A stretch of DNA of 64,000 bases, taken from contig CALEGV010000072.1 of assembly GCA_937875785.1 (NCBI GenBank), positions 4,543 to 68,542 on the forward strand. The letters are read 5' to 3'. The translations under genes were made by a program, and so were the position numbers. A model generated the notes under the pieces. The model was not told the origin of the DNA and made no database searches. It worked only from the letters and a program-made list of their open reading frames with translations. The stretch comes from an uncultured Mollicutes bacterium (GTDB lineage Bacteria > Bacillota_I > Bacilli_A > ML615J-28 > CAG-313). Shown here piece by piece: positions 38,354 through 50,396 of this stretch. Numbering within the stretch: position 1 is the first letter of the stretch; each line of letters starts with the position of its first letter.

Positions 38354-40840
38354 TCACAATTCCATATCAGCATCATTTCGACAAATGGCAATTTCTATTG
38401 GTTTACCATTGTCACCTGAAACAAATTTCTTTCCGTTATCAGCAATGGCTGTTCTTAAAATAGTGTAATCTATTTCAACATATCCCTTTTCACAGAATAT
38501 GTATGAAGCAAGATCTGAATTAGCATTTTTTGCATGAATTACCTCTAAATCTATTGCTTCATGCATATTTGAACGAACTGCCTTCAAATACATTTTACCT
38601 ACATTGTTCTTCTTTCCTTTATTGATTTCTTCAGGACGCATTCTCTTGATATTACCACGATTCGTAAGAATCAAAACAATGTCCTTCTCACTCACATATT
38701 TTGCTCCTACAACATAGTCATTTGGACGACTTTTCAATTCAATTGATTTTACCCCAAATGAGGCAGGTTCAATAATACTGATTTCTGCCGCATCATAACG
38801 ATTCATAAAACCATCTTTAGTGGCAATCACAACTTCATAATTACTTCCTCTTGCTATATCAGCACTAACAACCGCATCATCATCTTTTAACTTTGTCGCT
38901 TTTAAAGTCTTCGAGTATCTTGTGACATAAAGACTTGATAATTGGATACGTTTGATTAAACCTGATTTAGTAGCGAGTAAAACATATCTTTCCTCGTTGA
39001 AATCACTTACAGGAAAGGAGAAAATGACTTTCTCGTTGGGCTCCATTCCAATTAATGTGCTTACATGAATTCCTTGATCTTTATGTTTTGATTCAGGAAT
39101 TTTATGAATTGGTAAGAAAATATAGTTTCCTCGATCAGTAAATTGCAACAAGGTATCTGTTGTAGATACTCCATAAATATCAGTAATTACATCGCCTTCT
39201 TTTAGTTTCGTTGGTTCACTTGTACCAAAGAAAGCTTTTTTACTTAAACGTTTCAAATACCCATCATGTGTAATCATCAAAATAACATCTTCTTTTGGTA
39301 TAAATTCTTCGGTCTTAACTTCAACTTCAGTAATCTCATGTTGAATCTCTGTTTTTCTTGGAACATCAATTAACTCTTTCACACGACTCAATTCAGCAAT
39401 AATTGTTTTCAATAGAGCTGTATTACTAGAAAGAATATGTCTTAATTTTTTAATATCCTGTTCCAATTCCTTTTCTTCAGTCCTTAATGCAAAAATATCA
39501 GTATTCGTCAATCGATATAATTGTAATGTGACAATTGCTTCAGCCTGAATTTCCGTAAAACCATATTTTGATATAATGTTTTCTTTTGCATCTGCTTTAT
39601 TCTTAGAATTTCGGATAGTTGTAATTACTGCATCTAAAATAGATACCATAGAGATTAATCCTTGAACAACTTCCAATCGTTTCAAATCCTTTTCCAATTC
39701 AAAATTACAGCGATTGGTAATTACTTCTTTTTGATGAGAAATATATGCATCAAGAATTTCCGCAAGCCCCATTTGCATAGGGCGTCCTTGTGATATTGCT
39801 ACAACATTAAAGTTATAACTCGTTTGCAAATCGGTCTGTTTTAATAAAAAATTTAAAATTGTTTCAGGATTGACATCTTTACGTAAATGTATGTCAATTT
39901 GTAATCCTTCACTACTTGTATTATCTAAAATTTCTTTTACACCATCCACATTTTTAGCCTGTAAAACATCTCCCATTTTCTTTACTAAAAGAGCCTTATT
40001 CACATCATAGGGAATTTCTGTAATTACAATTTTAGGATCAGCAGCCTTGCTTGTGTCAATAAAATATTTGGAAGTAATGATAACCTTTCCTCTACCCGTT
40101 TCATACGCCTCTTTTAATCCATCAATGCCTTGAACAATGGCTCCACTTGGAAAATCTGGTCCTTGAACAAATTGCATTAATTCTTCAGTTGAACAATTGG
40201 GATGTCCAATACGATAAATTGTAGCATCAATGACTTCACCAGGATTATGAGGAGGAATTTCGGTAGCATAACCAGCTGAAATACCACTAGCACCATTGAC
40301 AAGAATATTAGGAAATTTAGAAGGTAGAACAATTGGTTCTAATTCTTCATCATCAAAGTTTGGAACAAATCCAACTGTATGCTTGTTTAAATCCTCAAGC
40401 ATTAATTCTGAATATTTACTCATCCGTGCTTCTGTATAACGCATAGCAGCTGCTGGGTCACCATCAATGCTACCATTATTTCCTTGCATATCCACTAAAG
40501 GCAATAAGATTTTAAACTGTTGACTCATTCTGACCATAGCATCATATACCGCTGTATCTCCATGTGGATGATATTTACCTATAACATCACCCACGATACG
40601 AGCAGATTTTTTGGTTGGCTTAGTAGAAGAAAGCCCTAACTTGTACATAGAGTATAGGATACGTCTTTGAACCGGTTTTAGTCCATCTCTTACATCTGGT
40701 AAGGCCCGATCTTGAATGATATACTTTGAATATCTTCCAAAACGGTCTCCCATAATATTTTCAAAGTTTTCCACAACATAATTTTCAACAAACTTATCAA
40801 TTTTTTTAGAAGTGTTTTTTGCATTATTATTCATCTTCAT
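38354..40840 (-). CDS. parC: DNA topoisomerase IV subunit A
   Basis: 828 aa. [35 protein letters not shown] is the ParC/GrlA-type N-terminus; GyrA has a different motif context. It lies downstream of parE. Confidence 0.85.
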   Translation of the reverse strand: MKMNNNAKNTSKKIDKFVENYVVENFENIMGDRFGRYSKYIIQDRALPDVRDGLKPVQRRILYSMYKLGLSSTKPTKKSARIVGDVIGKYHPHGDTAVYDAMVRMSQQFKILLPLVDMQGNNGSIDGDPAAAMRYTEARMSKYSELMLEDLNKHTVGFVPNFDDEELEPIVLPSKFPNILVNGASGISAGYATEIPPHNPGEVIDATIYRIGHPNCSTEELMQFVQGPDFPSGAIVQGIDGLKEAYETGRGKVIITSKYFIDTSKAADPKIVITEIPYDVNKALLVKKMGDVLQAKNVDGVKEILDNTSSEGLQIDIHLRKDVNPETILNFLLKQTDLQTSYNFNVVAISQGRPMQMGLAEILDAYISHQKEVITNRCNFELEKDLKRLEVVQGLISMVSILDAVITTIRNSKNKADAKENIISKYGFTEIQAEAIVTLQLYRLTNTDIFALRTEEKELEQDIKKLRHILSSNTALLKTIIAELSRVKELIDVPRKTEIQHEITEVEVKTEEFIPKEDVILMITHDGYLKRLSKKAFFGTSEPTKLKEGDVITDIYGVSTTDTLLQFTDRGNYIFLPIHKIPESKHKDQGIHVSTLIGMEPNEKVIFSFPVSDFNEERYVLLATKSGLIKRIQLSSLYVTRYSKTLKATKLKDDDAVVSADIARGSNYEVVIATKDGFMNRYDAAEISIIEPASFGVKSIELKSRPNDYVVGAKYVSEKDIVLILTNRGNIKRMRPEEINKGKKNNVGKMYLKAVRSNMHEAIDLEVIHAKNANSDLASYIFCEKGYVEIDYTILRTAIADNGKKFVSGDNGKPIEIAICRNDADMEL

Positions 40841-42767
40841 CCACTCCTTCTAAGATAAAGTTATCATCAGCATCAAATACAACATTATTTTCGATCCACT
40901 CTCTTCTTGGTTCAGGGTCATCTCCCATAAGAATATTAATCTTATTTTCAACATCTCCTTCTTCCCCTATTGTAATTTGAATTAAACTTCTGCGAGCTGG
41001 ATCCATAGTTGTTTCCCAAAGTTGCCTTTCATTCATTTCTCCCAATCCTTTATATCGTTGAATTTGGGCACTTTTCTTTTGTATTTTTTCTCTTAATTCC
41101 TCATCGCTCCATGCGTATTCAATCGCATTTTTTGATGTAATTTTATATAATGGAGGCGTTGCAATATATACCATTCCTTTTTCAACTAAAGTCTTCATAT
41201 AGCGATAGAAAAAAGTCATCAATAGAATTTGAATATGGGCACCATCAGTATCCGCATCTGTCATGATAATTACTTTATTATAATTCGATTTTGTATAATC
41301 AAAATCGGCACCAAACCCACCACCAATAGCATTAATAATTGACATAATCTCTTCATTTTTTAGCACATCTTCTAATTTAGTTTTGGCAGTGTTTAATACT
41401 TTACCTCTTAATGGTAAGACAGCTTGAAAAGATCTATCGCGTCCTTGTTTAGCAGTACCACCAGCTGAATCACCTTCAACTAAAAATAATTCATTCTTTT
41501 GAGGATTTTTAAATTGTGCGGGTGTTAATTTTCCAAGAAGATTAGCAGGCTTTGAAGTTTTTTGTTTTACCATTCTTACTTCATCACGCGCTTTTTTTGC
41601 TGCCTCTCGTGCCTTTGATGCACGAATTGCTCTAGCAATCAAGTTTGAAGCAATTTGCCCATTTTCTGCGAGATAAGCTTTTACTTGATCATATACCACC
41701 TGTTCAACAGCTGGCTTTGCTTCTGGTGTACCCAATTTATTTTTCGTTTGCCCTTCAAATTGCAATAAATCTTCAGGTATTCGGATAGAAATAATTGCAG
41801 TTAACCCTTCTCTAATATCTGCACCATCTAAATTTACGTCTTTATCTTTTAATGCACCGATTAAACGAGCATGATCATTAAAAGCTCTTGTGATTGCGGA
41901 TTTGAAACCAACCTCATGCGTTCCACCATCTCTAGTTCTAATATTGTTCACGAAGGATAGAATATTCTCATTATATGTTTTTTCGCAATATAATAAAGCA
42001 ACCTCAACATTTATTTTCGAAATATTGCCACTCAAAAATACTGGTGAATACAATGCATCCTTGCCATTTGTCAAACTTTTAATAAATTCTACAATTCCAT
42101 TTTCAAAGAAGAAACTTTCTGACTTATTTGTTCTTAAATCATTCAATTCAATTTTCAAACCTTTAATTAAATAAGCTGACTCTTTTAATCTCTGAGAAAT
42201 CGTTTTGTACTCAAAAATGGTTGAGGAAAAAATTTTGGGATCTGGCTTAAAATGAATTGTTGATCCTGTTCTTTTAGTATCACCTAGATTACGAGGTTTT
42301 TCAATTATTTTTCCACCATTGCGATACGTTTGATTGTAGATTTTACCATCACGATAAATCGTAACTGTGAGCCATTCACTCAAGGCATTCACTACACTAG
42401 AACCAACACCATGTAATCCTCCTGATACTTTATAGCCACCTTCAGCATCAAATTTTCCTCCAGCATGAAGCGTATTAAAAATTACTTCTGGGGTAGGTCT
42501 TTTTTCAACTTTATGGATTCCTGTGGGTATACCACGTCCATTGTCAATTACTTCAACACTATTATCTTTATGGATATTAACAATTATTTGATTACCATAA
42601 CCAGATAGTGCTTCATCGATTGCATTATCCACAATTTCCCATACAAGGTGATGGAGCCCCCTAGCATCAGTTGAACCGATGTACATACCAGGTCTTTTTC
42701 GAACGGCTTCTAATCCCTGTAAAACCTGAATGGAATCCTCGTTATATACATTTGTGACTTTTGCCAT
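40827..42767 (-). CDS. parE: DNA topoisomerase IV subunit B
   Basis: Contains [20 protein letters not shown], a GHKL ATPase domain, and Toprim motifs EGDSAGG and PLRGKVLN. Start moved to MAKVTNVY (42767), 7 nt after AAGGAG. Confidence 0.85.
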   Translation of the reverse strand: MAKVTNVYNEDSIQVLQGLEAVRKRPGMYIGSTDARGLHHLVWEIVDNAIDEALSGYGNQIIVNIHKDNSVEVIDNGRGIPTGIHKVEKRPTPEVIFNTLHAGGKFDAEGGYKVSGGLHGVGSSVVNALSEWLTVTIYRDGKIYNQTYRNGGKIIEKPRNLGDTKRTGSTIHFKPDPKIFSSTIFEYKTISQRLKESAYLIKGLKIELNDLRTNKSESFFFENGIVEFIKSLTNGKDALYSPVFLSGNISKINVEVALLYCEKTYNENILSFVNNIRTRDGGTHEVGFKSAITRAFNDHARLIGALKDKDVNLDGADIREGLTAIISIRIPEDLLQFEGQTKNKLGTPEAKPAVEQVVYDQVKAYLAENGQIASNLIARAIRASKAREAAKKARDEVRMVKQKTSKPANLLGKLTPAQFKNPQKNELFLVEGDSAGGTAKQGRDRSFQAVLPLRGKVLNTAKTKLEDVLKNEEIMSIINAIGGGFGADFDYTKSNYNKVIIMTDADTDGAHIQILLMTFFYRYMKTLVEKGMVYIATPPLYKITSKNAIEYAWSDEELREKIQKKSAQIQRYKGLGEMNERQLWETTMDPARRSLIQITIGEEGDVENKINILMGDDPEPRREWIENNVVFDADDNFILEGVDEDE

Positions 42768-42801
42768 TGTATCACTCCTTTTTTTCCCAAAATATATATT
42801 T

Positions 42802-42830
42802 ATTATAACACACCCCATTTTTTTTTGCAA
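42802..42830 (-). promoter_or_regulatory. Sigma-A type promoter of parEC
   Basis: Minus strand reads TTGCAA (42830-42825), 17 nt, TATAAT (42807-42802), preceded by TGT (extended -10). Confidence 0.55.
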
Positions 42831-42935
42831 GAGAAATAGTTAAAATATCTAACTAAACTATGCATAAATCGATAATTTTACAAATTATGACAACTGTCTT
42901 TATAGAAATTTTATAAATATTTTAAGAGATTTTAT

Positions 42936-42964
42936 TTGAAAATAAATCACTATTATAGTATAAT
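42936..42964 (+). promoter_or_regulatory. Sigma-A type promoter of plsY
   Basis: TTGAAA (42936-42941), 17 nt, TATAAT (42959-42964). The RBS AAGGAGG follows. Confidence 0.55.
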
Positions 42965-42990
42965 GAATACACACTAAAAAGGAGGAAAAT

Positions 42991-43623
42991 ATGGGTACTT
43001 TAATTCCAATTCTTGCAATGATTTTAGCATATTTAGTTGGTTCTATTCCTTTTGGTCTAATAATTGGAAAATTAAAAGGAATTGACATTAGGGAAAAAGG
43101 GAGTCATAATATTGGCGCAACCAATGTATTTAGAACCATTGGTCCCTGGTATGGTGGTCTTGTTTTTTTGTTAGATGCCTTGAAAAGTGCAATCTTTGTC
43201 ATTTTCTTTAAATATATTTTTCTATGGAATGATCCTTTTTTTACACTACAAATTCACCCTTTAATCTATGGAGGTTTAGCAATTCTAGGACATTTGTTTC
43301 CAATCTATTTGAAATTCAAAGGTGGAAAAGGGATTTCTTGTTTTGCGGGAGTAATGTTATCTTACTCAATACCAATTTCACTTATTGCTCTTTTTACTTT
43401 TATTATTGTATTGTTCATTACAAAAATCGTTTCTATTTCCTCTATTTTATCCTCATTGTCATTGATTATTGCCTATTTTATAATTGGAAAAACAGATTTC
43501 TATTTATTAGGTTTTATTTCAATTATGTTTATTCTTGTTATTATCAAACATCGAAGCAATATTGTAAGATTGTTTAAAGGAACAGAAAATAAAATTCATA
43601 TCAAAAAGAAAAATGAAAAATAA
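42991..43623 (+). CDS. plsY: Glycerol-3-phosphate acyltransferase PlsY
   Basis: 210 aa. Contains YLVGSIPFGLIIGKLKGIDIREKGSHNIGATNVFR and FKGGKG. It is adjacent to parEC as in B. subtilis. Confidence 0.92.
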   Translation: MGTLIPILAMILAYLVGSIPFGLIIGKLKGIDIREKGSHNIGATNVFRTIGPWYGGLVFLLDALKSAIFVIFFKYIFLWNDPFFTLQIHPLIYGGLAILGHLFPIYLKFKGGKGISCFAGVMLSYSIPISLIALFTFIIVLFITKIVSISSILSSLSLIIAYFIIGKTDFYLLGFISIMFILVIIKHRSNIVRLFKGTENKIHIKKKNEK

Positions 43624-43671
43624 AAAAACCTCCTTAAGTTTTGTTATCAAAACAATTCAAGGAGGTTTTTC
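43624..43671. terminator. Bidirectional terminator between plsY and the yneF-like gene
   Basis: Stem AAACCTCCTT / AAGGAGGTTT (43626-43635 / 43659-43668) enclosing an inner GTTTTG/CAAAAC hairpin. An A-run precedes it and TTTTT follows. Confidence 0.7.
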
Positions 43672-43700
43672 ATTAGCGAATTTTATTTCTAATCATTCAA

Positions 43701-43919
43701 TTATTTATATTGATTCATTGAATTCATTACTCTTGTAATATCCTTTTCTGATGGTTTTCTTCCCATTTGCATAAACATAGCACGAATCATATCCCGATTG
43801 ATTGGTGGATTATTCTTTAATTGCTTTGTAAAAATCGCCCTAATGACAAAGAAACCAATTACAAACCCTACAACTAAACATGCAATACCAATTACTAATA
43901 CCCAATACCAAGCTAGCAT
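43701..43919 (-). CDS. yneF: UPF0154 (YneF) family small membrane protein
   Basis: MLAWYWVLVIGIACLVVGFVIGFFVIRAIFTKQLKNNPPINRDMIRAMFMQMGRKPSEKDI matches the YneF pattern. Start at 43919, after AGGAG. Confidence 0.8.
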   Translation of the reverse strand: MLAWYWVLVIGIACLVVGFVIGFFVIRAIFTKQLKNNPPINRDMIRAMFMQMGRKPSEKDITRVMNSMNQYK

Positions 43920-44036
43920 ATTAATCTCCTTTCCACTCATTCCTATTGTTATTTTTAATGATTATATCAAAACAATATTTTTTTTTCAAGTTAAATGCCA
44001 TTAAACCATTTATTTTCAACACGTATTGCAATATTC

Positions 44037-44065
44037 TTGCAATTTTTGAATATTTAAAATATAAT
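44037..44065 (+). promoter_or_regulatory. Sigma-A type promoter of the ferredoxin gene
   Basis: TTGCAA (44037-44042), 17 nt, TATAAT (44060-44065). Confidence 0.55.
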
Positions 44066-44095
44066 TTATGTGAATGAATATATGGAGGTACAATT

Positions 44096-44263
44096 ATGCC
44101 AAGAAAAATTACTGATTCTTGTATTGCTTGTGGCACATGTGCACAAAATTGCCCAGTTGAATGCATTTCTGAAGGCGATATTTACACTATTGATCCTGAC
44201 CAATGTATTGATTGTGGTGCTTGTCAAGAAAATTGCCCAGTTGAAGCTATTGTTGAAGAATAA
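44096..44263 (+). CDS. 2x[4Fe-4S] ferredoxin (55 aa)
   Basis: Not in the ORF track in this frame because it is under 60 aa. Hand translation: MPRKITDSCIACGTCAQNCPVECISEGDIYTIDPDQCIDCGACQENCPVEAIVEE. It has two CxxCxxCxxxCP motifs. GGAGG lies 7 nt upstream and a terminator lies downstream. Confidence 0.85.
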   Translation: MPRKITDSCIACGTCAQNCPVECISEGDIYTIDPDQCIDCGACQENCPVEAIVEE

Positions 44264-44275
44264 TTGTATAAGGTT

Positions 44276-44310
44276 AAAGGTCTAAACAAGTGTTTAGACC
44301 TTTAATTTTA
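44276..44310. terminator. Bidirectional terminator between the ferredoxin and nif3-family genes
   Basis: Stem AAAGGTCTAAAC / GTTTAGACCTTT (44276-44287 / 44292-44303) with a 4-nt loop, then AATTTTA. Confidence 0.7.
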
Positions 44311-45093
44311 TATACGCCAAAAAGGTGATGTTTCTACTTCTGATACCAAAATTTCAATATTCTCACTTTCAAAGACATCAGATAACTCTTTTTGTAGAAC
44401 CATCTTAAATCTTGACTCTACATCATGGTTAACCTCAATAATAGCAATATTGTAATCTATTGCGTCTAGTGCATGATTATGCCTAATCTCACCAGTAATG
44501 AAACAATCACACTTATGAAAAATTGCATTGAACAAATCACCTGAGCCTCCGCCACCTACAATACCAACTTTAGTTATCATTTTATCTTTATCACCAATCA
44601 CTCTCGCACCATCTAGTTTTAATCGTTCAATTACTTTTTTGCTAAAGTCTAATAACGTCATTGGTTTAATATTTCCCATTCGTAAAAAACAACTGCCGTC
44701 AATATCTTCTTTCACAGCGTGGATATTTTCTAATTCCAACATCTTTGCAAGAATATCATTCATTCCATCTTTTGCAACATCAAAATTTGTGTGCATAGCA
44801 TAGATATTCAAGCGATGATCAAATACGTTCAACATTTTCTTTCCAAAAGGTGTCTCATAATCCATTGAAAGCATAGCATTGAACAAAAACGGATGATGTG
44901 TAATTAGCAAATCAACTTTTTTCTGAATTGCCTCATCAATCACATTACTACTTCCATCTAAAGCTATCATTATTCTTTTTATTTCACTATTGGGAGAACC
45001 AAATTGTAAACCAATTTTGCCGGTGTCAAAAGGGCTCGCTAATGTAGGTGGGTATTTTTCTTGCAAATAATTGATAATTTTACTTAATTTCAT
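44308..45093 (-). CDS. Nif3-like dinuclear metal center protein (YqfO family)
   Basis: 261 aa. Contains KRIMIALDGS...DLLITHHPFLF and GEIRHNHALDA. It lies downstream of trmK as in Bacillus. Confidence 0.85.
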   Translation of the reverse strand: MKLSKIINYLQEKYPPTLASPFDTGKIGLQFGSPNSEIKRIMIALDGSSNVIDEAIQKKVDLLITHHPFLFNAMLSMDYETPFGKKMLNVFDHRLNIYAMHTNFDVAKDGMNDILAKMLELENIHAVKEDIDGSCFLRMGNIKPMTLLDFSKKVIERLKLDGARVIGDKDKMITKVGIVGGGGSGDLFNAIFHKCDCFITGEIRHNHALDAIDYNIAIIEVNHDVESRFKMVLQKELSDVFESENIEILVSEVETSPFWRI

Positions 45094-45751
45094 ATTTTAA
45101 AATCTCCTCAATTTCCTTTTTTTCATTCATCTTCTGTATCATCTTACAACTATTTGGATTAAAATTTATCATTTTTTCTATATATTGCAAACGGTAATTT
45201 AAATAATAGATAAAACAAGGTTCCATTTTTTTTAATAAAATAGGACCATACTTGATTTCTAACTCATTCAATGGAACACTATTTTCATCATATCTTGCTA
45301 CAATGATATGATAGTATTTTTCTTTTTCCTCCACCAATGTCTCATCCAATATGATAAAATGAGAGTCACTTAAATACTTACGCAAATGATCCACTTTCGT
45401 ATTTGGTTGCAAAATCAAGCGTTTTAGGCGTGTGGACGTGAAAAAGGATTCCTCTATAATTCTAGCTATCAAATCACCACCCATTCCACAAATACACGCT
45501 ACATCAATTTCATTTTCTATTTTTGATAATCCATTAGCAAGCGTATAGATAATTTTTTGTGATGTATGTAGTTTACTCATATTATCAACTGCTTTTTTCA
45601 GAGGCATTTTTTTATTATCTACAAGTTGAACAACTGAAACTCCTTTTAGAATTGCCTCTTTTGCAAGATATCCGTGATCACAGCCAACATCTACAATTTT
45701 ATCATCAATTTGAATATAGTCTAATACTCTTTTTAATCTTTTCGATAGCAT
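45080..45751 (-). CDS. trmK: tRNA (adenine22-N1)-methyltransferase TrmK (YqfN)
   Basis: 223 aa. Contains LSKRLKRVLDYI...VDVGCDHGYL and ICGMGGDLI. Confidence 0.85.
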   Translation of the reverse strand: MLSKRLKRVLDYIQIDDKIVDVGCDHGYLAKEAILKGVSVVQLVDNKKMPLKKAVDNMSKLHTSQKIIYTLANGLSKIENEIDVACICGMGGDLIARIIEESFFTSTRLKRLILQPNTKVDHLRKYLSDSHFIILDETLVEEKEKYYHIIVARYDENSVPLNELEIKYGPILLKKMEPCFIYYLNYRLQYIEKMINFNPNSCKMIQKMNEKKEIEEILKYEIK

Positions 45752-45770
45752 AATTCCTCACAATATGTTT

Positions 45771-45798
45771 AAAAACAAGTAAATTCTTACTTGTTTTT
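45771..45798 (-). terminator. Terminator-like hairpin after sigA
   Basis: Stem AAAAACAAGTAA / TTACTTGTTTTT with a 4-nt loop. Confidence 0.6.
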
Positions 45799-45801
45799 TA
45801 T

Positions 45802-47070
45802 CTATTTCACACGATGTTGTTCAAGTCGTTTTAAACGACTTGGATGACGCAATCTTCTAAGTGCTTTAACTTCAATCTGACGAATTCTTTCTCTTGTAAG
45901 ATTAAACTCTTTACCAACTTCTTCTAAAGTACGAACTCGATTATCATAAAGACCATGTCTTAAACGAATCACTTTTTCTTCTTTTGGTGTTAAAGTTTGC
46001 AAAACCTTTTCAATTTCTTCACGATAAATCATATTTTCTGTATACTCTAAAGGATTTAAGGTGTCTTTATCATCAATAAAATCCCCTAGACTAGAATCAT
46101 CATCTTCACCAACTGTTGCATCAAAAGAAATAGGATCTTGAGCAATACGTTGAATTGTCTGTACTTTTTCAACAGAAATTTTCATTTCAGCAGCAATTTC
46201 CTCAGGAGTTGGTTCACGTCGTTTCTCTTGTGTTAATCTTCTTGTTGTTCTAACTAACTTATTGATGGTTTCAACCATATGCACAGGTATACGAATTGTT
46301 CGTGCATTATCAGCAATTGCTCTAGTGATGGCTTGTCTAATCCACCACGTTGCATAAGTCGAAAATTTGAATCCCTTTGTTGGATCAAACTTATTAACAG
46401 CTTTCATTAACCCCATATTTCCCTCTTGAATCAAATCAAGTAATAATAGTCCTCTGCCAAGATATCGTTTTGCAATCGAAACGACTAATCTTAAATTTGA
46501 TTCAATCAATATTTTTCTCGCATTTTCACCTTCTGCAATCTTTCTTTGAAGTTCTTGCATTTCTTCATCTGAAATTTGTTTTCCTTGTTTTTTATAGGTG
46601 TTGATTTTTTCTTGGCACATCAATGATTCTTGGTAAGTTCTTGCAAACTCCAATTCTTGTGTCATGGTCAATAACTCAATTTGACCAATATCATGCAAAT
46701 ACATTTTCACAGGATCATCTGCAGAATAACCTGAAGAAACAATGTCCTCAAAATCAGAGACTTTGATTTCACTATCTACAGCACTTGCAAGTTCATCAAA
46801 ATCATCATCACTCTCCACATCCTCAACAAAGGCCTCAAAATCGTCATCAACAATTTCTGTCAACAATTCTTCTTCACTTGGTACTTCTTCACTATCTTTC
46901 GTTATTTCAATTCCCTCATTATCGAGATATTCTACAACATCATCCAAAACTTCATCGCTAATGTCGTTATTAAAAATTTCGGTGATTTTTGTAATTGAAA
47001 TATATTGATTCTTCTTTGCATATTCTTTTATTTGTTCGATTTGTTCTTTGTATAAATTTTCGTCTAACAT
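45802..47070 (-). CDS. sigA: Primary RNA polymerase sigma factor (sigma-70/SigA)
   Basis: 422 aa. An acidic region 1.1 is followed by [37 protein letters not shown] and a region 4.2 HTH ([20 protein letters not shown]). Confidence 0.95.
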   Translation of the reverse strand: MLDENLYKEQIEQIKEYAKKNQYISITKITEIFNNDISDEVLDDVVEYLDNEGIEITKDSEEVPSEEELLTEIVDDDFEAFVEDVESDDDFDELASAVDSEIKVSDFEDIVSSGYSADDPVKMYLHDIGQIELLTMTQELEFARTYQESLMCQEKINTYKKQGKQISDEEMQELQRKIAEGENARKILIESNLRLVVSIAKRYLGRGLLLLDLIQEGNMGLMKAVNKFDPTKGFKFSTYATWWIRQAITRAIADNARTIRIPVHMVETINKLVRTTRRLTQEKRREPTPEEIAAEMKISVEKVQTIQRIAQDPISFDATVGEDDDSSLGDFIDDKDTLNPLEYTENMIYREEIEKVLQTLTPKEEKVIRLRHGLYDNRVRTLEEVGKEFNLTRERIRQIEVKALRRLRHPSRLKRLEQHRVK

Positions 47071-48891
47071 TTAACCCTCCTTAGACACGATTTTGACATT
47101 TTCTTTTCGAAGTGATTCAAAATTTTTAATGTCTTCATCCGTTTTACTATCAATTGCACGATTGTATAGTTTCGCTTGTGATAACTCATTGATACATTGT
47201 TCAATTGCTTTTAAACATTGCTCAAATTCAAGATTATCTTTGGTATTCACCAATTGATTTGCTAAAATTTCTTTAGCACACTTTACATACATTTCTTTTC
47301 CATTTGCCCAATCAAGGTTTTGACAAATCGTTAAAAAATCTTCTTGGTCCATTTCATCATTATCAGCATAAAAAATCCCCATTTTTTTTATAATTTCAAA
47401 ATAAATCACTAAACTACTATCTAAATATAGTGTTGAACCAAACTTATCATTGAATTCTAACAATTTTAACTTGGAATCTAATAAATGTCTAATAATAATA
47501 TGATAAGCAGTATACACTTTTTTCTTTATTCTAATTTTTTTCGCAGGTTTTATCACTTCAACTTGCATATCATTGGTTATTTGGTTAGAATAATCTATAG
47601 GCATTTGTAAATAGTTATTTCGATTAAAATCTCTTTTTAATGATTCAAGAGAAACATCTAAATCAAGAGCAAGTTTATTCAAAAAATGATCTATAATCGT
47701 ATTTTGTTTAGTAATTGTAACACATGCAAATACCTCTTTTTTAAACCGCTCTCCACTTTCCAAATCGCCCTTGACATATTTTTTTAATGCCAACTCATAT
47801 AGCCATTCATACGCACTTTTCTCATTTTCATTTAAATACTTTACGAGTTGTTCACTTCCATATGACATTTGATATTCATCAGGATCAAGGTTATTTGGTA
47901 ACACAATTGCTTTCGGTAAAATATTGAAACTAGCAAGCAAGCCACATGAGCGTTTCATAGCCAAAATTCCAGCTTCATCTCCATCAAAACATAAGGTAAT
48001 ATGTTTTGTTACCCTTAAAATACTTTTTATATGTTCCTTTGTGAGTGCAGTTCCCATCGTTGCGACGCCATATTCTATTCCTGCTTTCATACAAGCAATG
48101 ACATCCATAAAACCTTCTAAAAGAATAACTTTGTCTTTCTTTTTGATGGCATCTAAGGCCTCATAAAAATGATATAGAATCTCTCCTTTATGAAAAATAG
48201 AGGTTTCAGGAGAATTGATATATTTTGCTTGATCAGAAGGTTTATAAACACGTCCACTAAAGCCAACAACTTGTCCAGACATATTTGTAATAGGAAACAT
48301 AATTCGCTCTTTAAAAACATCGTATGCAACATTTTTTTCATTTAGTTTAACAAGCCCTACTTCAATTTGGTCTAATTCTGAACAATTTTTCGCATGTAAG
48401 GCTTGATATAAATAATCTTTCGCATTACTTGCTAAACCTATTCCTAACTGATCAATAATCTGTTGATGAATTCCCCTTTTTTGCAAATACGCTTTGGCTA
48501 CAAGTCCTTCATTACTATTGTTCAGATAAAAATGATAGAAATTTTTAGCTTCTGTTGTCACTTTTATCAAGCGCTCTTTTAAAAGTTCTTCCTTACTTTG
48601 ACTTTCTGAAATAGTTATTCCTAATCGTTTGGCAAGTTGAATTGTTGCTTGATCCTCTGTAAGATGATGATACAAAGCGAAAAAGTGAATTACATTCCCC
48701 TTCGTATGACAACTGAAACAATTAAATATTCTCTTTTCACGATTTACACTCATTGATGGATGATTGTCATCGTGAAAGGGACAAAGACCAAAATAACTAC
48801 TTCCTTTTTTTGTAAGTTGAACAACTTCACCAACTACTTCAACAATATTCGTTTGATCAATAATTCTGTCTTTTATTTGCCTTGAAATCAC
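47071..48891 (-). CDS. dnaG: DNA primase
   Basis: 606 aa. Zinc ribbon CPFHDDNHPSMSV...FNCFSC and Toprim EGFMDV. It is the dnaG-sigA operon, with a TAAATG junction. Confidence 0.93.
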   Translation of the reverse strand: MISRQIKDRIIDQTNIVEVVGEVVQLTKKGSSYFGLCPFHDDNHPSMSVNREKRIFNCFSCHTKGNVIHFFALYHHLTEDQATIQLAKRLGITISESQSKEELLKERLIKVTTEAKNFYHFYLNNSNEGLVAKAYLQKRGIHQQIIDQLGIGLASNAKDYLYQALHAKNCSELDQIEVGLVKLNEKNVAYDVFKERIMFPITNMSGQVVGFSGRVYKPSDQAKYINSPETSIFHKGEILYHFYEALDAIKKKDKVILLEGFMDVIACMKAGIEYGVATMGTALTKEHIKSILRVTKHITLCFDGDEAGILAMKRSCGLLASFNILPKAIVLPNNLDPDEYQMSYGSEQLVKYLNENEKSAYEWLYELALKKYVKGDLESGERFKKEVFACVTITKQNTIIDHFLNKLALDLDVSLESLKRDFNRNNYLQMPIDYSNQITNDMQVEVIKPAKKIRIKKKVYTAYHIIIRHLLDSKLKLLEFNDKFGSTLYLDSSLVIYFEIIKKMGIFYADNDEMDQEDFLTICQNLDWANGKEMYVKCAKEILANQLVNTKDNLEFEQCLKAIEQCINELSQAKLYNRAIDSKTDEDIKNFESLRKENVKIVSKEG

Positions 48892-48911
48892 TCAACTCAC
48901 CACCAATTTCT

Positions 48912-50282
48912 TTATTCTAAATGTTGTGATACATAAGAAACAAGACTATCTATTGGCATTCTAACTTGCTCCATTGTGTCACGATTGCGAATTGTAATTG
49001 TATTATCTTCTAAAGTATCAAAATCAATAGTTACACAATATGGCGTACCAATCGAATCTTGACGACGATATCTTTTTCCAATTTTACCACTTGCATCATA
49101 TTCCGTTACAAAATGTTTAGAAAGCATCTCATACACTTCAGTTGCTTTTTCGTTCAATTTATTTACGAGTGGAAGGACAGCAACTTTAATAGGTGCAACA
49201 CGTGGATCAAAGTGAAGCACTTCTCTTGTTTCACCATCTGGAAGTTGTTCTTCCTCATAGGCACTTGTTAATATCGCAAGTAATAATCTTTCTACACCTA
49301 AACTAGGTTCTATAACATAAGGCAAATACTTTTCATTTGTTTCAGGATCAAGGTACATTAAATTTTCACCTGAATGTTCTTGATGAACTTTCAAATCATA
49401 GTCTGTTCGATCTGCTATTCCCCAAAGTTCACCCCAACCAAAGAAAAATTTAAATTCCAGATCGGTCGTTGCTTTGGAATAAAAGCATAATTCTTCTGGT
49501 TTGTGATCACGAGAACGAATCAACTCTTCTCTAATACCTATGTTTTTCAAAAAATCAATGCAAAATTGTTTCCAATAGTTGAACCATTCTAAATCCGTCC
49601 CTGGCTTACAAAAAAATTCCATTTCCATTTGTTCAAATTCGCGAGTTCTAAAAATAAAGTTACCAGGTGTAATTTCATTTCTAAAACTCTTACCAATCTG
49701 TCCTACACCAAATGGAACCTTTTTTCTTGATGTTCTTTGAATATTTTTAAAATTTAGGAATATACCTTGAGCAGTTTCAGGTCGAAGATAAACAACGGTT
49801 TTAGCATCTTCAACTACGCCTTGATGAGTTTGAAACATTAAATTAAATTTACGAATTTCTGTAAAATCTGTTTTTCCACAATCTGGACATGGAATTTTAT
49901 GCTCAATAACATATTTGTATAATTTTTCATTATCCCAACCATCACCAGTTTCTTTCCCACCTGTAAAGTCTTCGATTAGTTTATCTGCACGATGTCTAGT
50001 ATGACAATTTTTACAATCAATTAATGGATCGCTAAACCCACCAACATGTCCTGTTGCAACCCATGTTTCTGGATTCATTAAAATAGCTGAATCAATTCCA
50101 ACATTGTTAGATGAAGTTTGAACAAATGCTTTCCACCATAATTTTTTTAAATTATTCTTTAATTCAACACCTAAAGGACCATAATCCCAAGTATTAGCAA
50201 GGCCACCATAGATTTCACTACCCTGATAAACAAATCCTAGTTGCTTTAAATAGGCTACAAATTTTTCCATTGTCATTTCCAT
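48912..50282 (-). CDS. glyQS: Glycyl-tRNA synthetase, dimeric class II (GlyQS) type
   Basis: Contains [22 protein letters not shown] and [25 protein letters not shown]. Start moved to MEMTMEKF (50282), downstream of GAAGGAGAG. Confidence 0.9.
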   Translation of the reverse strand: MEMTMEKFVAYLKQLGFVYQGSEIYGGLANTWDYGPLGVELKNNLKKLWWKAFVQTSSNNVGIDSAILMNPETWVATGHVGGFSDPLIDCKNCHTRHRADKLIEDFTGGKETGDGWDNEKLYKYVIEHKIPCPDCGKTDFTEIRKFNLMFQTHQGVVEDAKTVVYLRPETAQGIFLNFKNIQRTSRKKVPFGVGQIGKSFRNEITPGNFIFRTREFEQMEMEFFCKPGTDLEWFNYWKQFCIDFLKNIGIREELIRSRDHKPEELCFYSKATTDLEFKFFFGWGELWGIADRTDYDLKVHQEHSGENLMYLDPETNEKYLPYVIEPSLGVERLLLAILTSAYEEEQLPDGETREVLHFDPRVAPIKVAVLPLVNKLNEKATEVYEMLSKHFVTEYDASGKIGKRYRRQDSIGTPYCVTIDFDTLEDNTITIRNRDTMEQVRMPIDSLVSYVSQHLE

Positions 50283-50367
50283 CTTCTTTTTCTCTCCTTC
50301 TGCATAAAATAATGAAATTATGATACAATTATGCATTTAATTGTATTATTACCCATTTTACTTGTAT

Positions 50368-50396
50368 ATTATACTACTTTTTTTATGAATTGTCAA
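50368..50396 (-). promoter_or_regulatory. Consensus sigma-A promoter of glyQS
   Basis: Minus strand reads TTGACA (50396-50391), 17 nt, TATAAT (50373-50368). Both hexamers match the consensus perfectly. Confidence 0.65.

Noticed and set aside
42900-43088. 62-aa minus-strand ORF in the parE/plsY divergent region
   Set aside because: It overlaps the plsY promoter, RBS and 5' coding region. It has no RBS and no recognisable sequence features.
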